NCBI GenBank assembly: GCA_040219255.1
Contig: JAVJSW010000027.1
Span: forward strand, 28,990 to 92,989
Source of the DNA: Sumerlaeia bacterium
Lineage (GTDB): Bacteria > Sumerlaeota > Sumerlaeia > SLMS01 > JAHLLQ01
Length of the DNA stretch: 64,000 bases
Direction: 5' to 3'
Each line of letters begins with the position of its first letter. Within the stretch, counting starts at the first letter, position 1. A program made the translations under genes and the position numbers. The notes under the pieces were generated by a model. It saw nothing but the letters and a program-made list of their open reading frames with translations, ran no database searches and had not been told where the DNA came from. Of this stretch, positions 61,092 through 64,000 are shown piece after piece.

Positions 61092-62386
61092 CCCTCATTC
61101 CGCCCGACCAGGATTTGTCCGGCGGCTATGGGGGGATGAGTTTCGTGATGTTCCCGGCGGATGAGGACAACGGCTTGCCGAGTTTACTCGCCATGGTCGT
61201 TGGCACCAATGGATTGGCCCCCGACGAGATGGTCCTGGGCCGCCCGGGTCATGGACGGAAGTGCGCCGCTATCGCGTCGTATCTGAACCAAAAGCTGCCC
61301 GGATCTACCTGGGCCAAACGCGATCCGGTGCGCATCGACTTGGACATGCCACGTTCGCTCAAGCAGCAACTGGATGCCTGGTCTGGGTGCTGTCAGAAGT
61401 ACGGGCGCGTGCTCTACGCAATGTTTGTCCCTCCCACTCAGCGGACGGTGGAATCGGACCAACTGGTCCTGCAAGCTGTTACCGCCTTTGTGGATTTGTT
61501 CTTTGACGAGCGAGAAATGGCCCCGAAGAAGGCTTATGAGCAGGATATGGCTGCTCTGAGGCGCAACTGGATGGCTCAGGTTCTGCCGACAGCCACGGAC
61601 GACCAAGTCGCTGATGTGCTCGGGCGGCGGCGGTTTGCCATTCTGGAGGGACCACCTGGCACCGGAAAAACCGAGATGGCGCGTCGTCTGCTTACAGAAG
61701 TATATGGCGGCCGTGGAACCGTCATTCAGTTCCATCCTGGAACAACCTACGAGACCTTTGTCGGCGGCCTGGCGCCTCGCGACGGAGGAGCTCTGGGCTT
61801 CACCTTTCATCCGACGCCTGGGCATCTGATGAAGGCCGCTCAGGCTGCTGCGGATTCTCCGGAAAAGCCCTATCTACTGGTCATTGACGAGATCAATCGG
61901 GCTGATCTCTCAAAGGTTCTGGGCGAGGCGATCTATCTGTTCGAGCCCGATCAGCCGGATCGCGAGGTCCAACTGCCTTTTGCATTCGACGGATTTGGAG
62001 ATCGCCTCCGGCTGCCGCCGAACCTGCATGTTTTGGGGACCATGAACACGGCCGACCGCAGCATCGCCATTTTGGATGTGGCGGTCCGACGTCGCTTCGC
62101 CTTCATCCCGCTCTGGCCTCAGCTTGAGGTCGTGGAGAAGTTGGCTGGAGAGCAGATGCGCGACAGCTTTCACGAGTTGCTGACCTTGTTTATCGAACAC
62201 GCCAGCGAGGACGCTCTTCCCTTAACCCCAGGGCACGCCTATTTCCTGGCCAAAGACGAGGAGGCTGATAGTCGCCTCGGAACCAGTGTCCGGCCTCTTT
62301 TGGAAGAGTATCTGGCTCAAGGGTACGTGGCCGGATTCGCCGATGAAATCCGCGCTTACATCGCCCGCTTGGGGCAGGGCGCCTGA
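60902..62386 (+). CDS. mcrB: McrB-like AAA+ GTPase subunit of a type IV restriction system
   Basis: GPPGTGKT, IQFHP..TYETFV, IDEINRADLSKVLGE, GTMNTADRSIA...RRRF. Confidence 0.92.
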   Translation: MKALLELTYTPRSEWGEKARDAFSTDLRERYPRVSDLTDKKNDEKRFQLRVNGDAKPGAVPYAALIPPDQDLSGGYGGMSFVMFPADEDNGLPSLLAMVVGTNGLAPDEMVLGRPGHGRKCAAIASYLNQKLPGSTWAKRDPVRIDLDMPRSLKQQLDAWSGCCQKYGRVLYAMFVPPTQRTVESDQLVLQAVTAFVDLFFDEREMAPKKAYEQDMAALRRNWMAQVLPTATDDQVADVLGRRRFAILEGPPGTGKTEMARRLLTEVYGGRGTVIQFHPGTTYETFVGGLAPRDGGALGFTFHPTPGHLMKAAQAAADSPEKPYLLVIDEINRADLSKVLGEAIYLFEPDQPDREVQLPFAFDGFGDRLRLPPNLHVLGTMNTADRSIAILDVAVRRRFAFIPLWPQLEVVEKLAGEQMRDSFHELLTLFIEHASEDALPLTPGHAYFLAKDEEADSRLGTSVRPLLEEYLAQGYVAGFADEIRAYIARLGQGA

Positions 62387-62389
62387 TCC

Positions 62390-63853
62390 ATGGCGAAGCG
62401 CGCTCGCTTTCCAGTCTATCGGCGCTTACCGGCGGCACGCGTCGTTGCGGGCTCGCGAGCTATTCCCGACACCTCCGATTGCTTTGTTTCTGTCCTGGAC
62501 TGGCTGGGTGGGGAAGGGGCCGATGCAGCCTCCTCAGCCGAGCGGCGAGCCGAGCACCTTCTCGGCGCAAACGAAGGTTTGCTGCGTGACATGGCAGTTC
62601 GGGCTGATCCGATGCGACGGGGAGGCGTGCCGGGCATCCGATTTCAGACCGCCGCCAGGGTCGGTGCCGTGCCGCTCCTCTCGCCGGTCACGGGGCGTCC
62701 TGATTTCGGTTTGGTCATTGAGCCTCGCTTCGCCTGGGCTTCTGCAGGGGATATGCTCGCTGGCATGGGATTTCGTGTGGTTCCCGAGTTCCTGCCCTTG
62801 CCAGAACTCCCGCAGTCAGAGCGCCGCGTCCCGCCCTGGGTCCTTTCGAGTGTGATTCTCAAACGGCTCGAAGACTTGCTGAATTCGCTCCAGCGGCGGT
62901 CCGCGACGAGTCAGGCGATCCTGTCGGCTCCTAGGGGCCAAGTCGATTGGACAGACTATGCGACCCGACGTTTTGCCCGTGGACGAGCTTTGGATGTGCC
63001 ATGCCGCTTTCCCGATTTGCGCGATGATGAAGAGCTCCGCGCCGCCATTCATTGGGTCGTCCGCCGCCACCGGGAATCTCTGCTGAGCCAGATGAACGCC
63101 GGTCTCGTGGTCCATCGACTGCTGGCGCTTTGCGATCTTCTGCTATCGAAGCTTTCGGGCACGCCGCCTCGCATGCCTATCGAGCGCGATCGTTCTGCCT
63201 GGAATCGGCGCCCCCTGCTGCCCAAGGTCTTCCGCGAAGGCCTCCAGGCCATCGACTGGACGGTGGATGAACGTGGCTTGGCGGGGTTGTCGGATTTGTC
63301 TGGTTTATCTTGGAGGCTCGACATGGCGGCCTTCTTCGAGGCTTGGGTCGAGACGATTGCGGAAAGCGTAGCGCGCCAGGTGGGAGCCACCCTCCGTAGC
63401 GGGCGACGCCAGCAAACTCGCGTTCCGATGGACTGGCTGCCCCCATCTTCGGGCAGCCAACGCTCGCTCCTGCCTGATGTCGTTCTGGAGCGGGAAGACG
63501 TTGTGGTGGTGCTGGATGCCAAATACAAGCGGCACGCGGAAGACATCGAGCGCCTCGGTTGGAGCAACGCCGACGAAGCACTCCGAGAGCAGCATCGCAA
63601 CGATGTCTTGCAGGCGTTGGCCTACTCCACGTTGTTCAACGCGCCGCGCGTCGTCTCTTGTCTTGTCTATCCGATAGCCCCAGAGAAATGGGCGGAACTT
63701 CGGCGCCGGGGGCGGACACTGCACCGTGCCCAAGTCCGCACCGGCGAGCGCCATGTGGAAATGGCCCTGCTGTCCGTACCGCTCTCGGGCGACCCCCTCG
63801 GGGCTGGTGAGGACTTGAAGCAATTGGTCAGGCGCGGACTCAGCGAGATATGA
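62390..63853 (+). CDS. mcrC: McrC-like PD-(D/E)xK nuclease subunit
   Basis: Directly follows mcrB; PRGQVDW, FFEAWV, LLPDVV, VLDAKYK, DVLQALAY, LVYP. Confidence 0.88.
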   Translation: MAKRARFPVYRRLPAARVVAGSRAIPDTSDCFVSVLDWLGGEGADAASSAERRAEHLLGANEGLLRDMAVRADPMRRGGVPGIRFQTAARVGAVPLLSPVTGRPDFGLVIEPRFAWASAGDMLAGMGFRVVPEFLPLPELPQSERRVPPWVLSSVILKRLEDLLNSLQRRSATSQAILSAPRGQVDWTDYATRRFARGRALDVPCRFPDLRDDEELRAAIHWVVRRHRESLLSQMNAGLVVHRLLALCDLLLSKLSGTPPRMPIERDRSAWNRRPLLPKVFREGLQAIDWTVDERGLAGLSDLSGLSWRLDMAAFFEAWVETIAESVARQVGATLRSGRRQQTRVPMDWLPPSSGSQRSLLPDVVLEREDVVVVLDAKYKRHAEDIERLGWSNADEALREQHRNDVLQALAYSTLFNAPRVVSCLVYPIAPEKWAELRRRGRTLHRAQVRTGERHVEMALLSVPLSGDPLGAGEDLKQLVRRGLSEI

Positions 63854-64000
63854 TCGTCGCCTTTAGCCCAACTTCGACAGTTGTGAGGCGATGTTTCTTG
63901 CAATTGCTGGAGTTACGTTTTTTGGACCGTTGAAGTCGCCACTACATTCTGGAAGCGTTTTGGTCGGTTGGGGAGGCGAAGCTTGAGGGCGTGGAGCAGG

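Noticed and set aside
49100-64000. tRNA-Arg-anchored genomic island extending to mcrBC
   Set aside because: No duplicated tRNA 3' end or integrase seen, and the intervening U32 gene has host-like composition

Overview
High-GC, mostly chromosomal window from a diderm bacterium. The prepilin type, short Trp-containing C-terminal tails and a single dockerin-like tail suggest Candidatus Sumerlaeota/BRC1 (inference). The left end (1-5425) is a compact Mu-like virion module: cement protein, major capsid, gp36-like adaptor, a gp37-like protein with an extra C-terminal domain, and a large tail-tip-like protein. It has no tail tube, sheath or tape measure gene, and is followed by a 14-repeat FG-GAP protein. 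The middle is housekeeping and envelope genes (bamA-like, gltD, ridA-like, mcsA-mcsB-clpC, ruvB, murJ, nusB, purEK, DUF1998 helicase, tRNA-Arg) with scattered GTAG-type REPs and MITE-like elements. On the right, a lower-GC membrane-protein islet follows tRNA-Arg. Then the 3' end of a U32 (RlhA-like) gene occurs three times as a direct repeat with an identical 43-bp core. The copies separate two single-gene cargo units (a 1,387-aa secreted zincin mosaic and a 7-heme cytochrome) ahead of an intact mcrBC pair. Best candidates for undescribed biology: the U32/mcrB-junction cassette array, the apparently tail-less phage-like module, and a putative C-terminal W-x-x-[FY] export tag. All calls come from reading the sequence; no searches were run.
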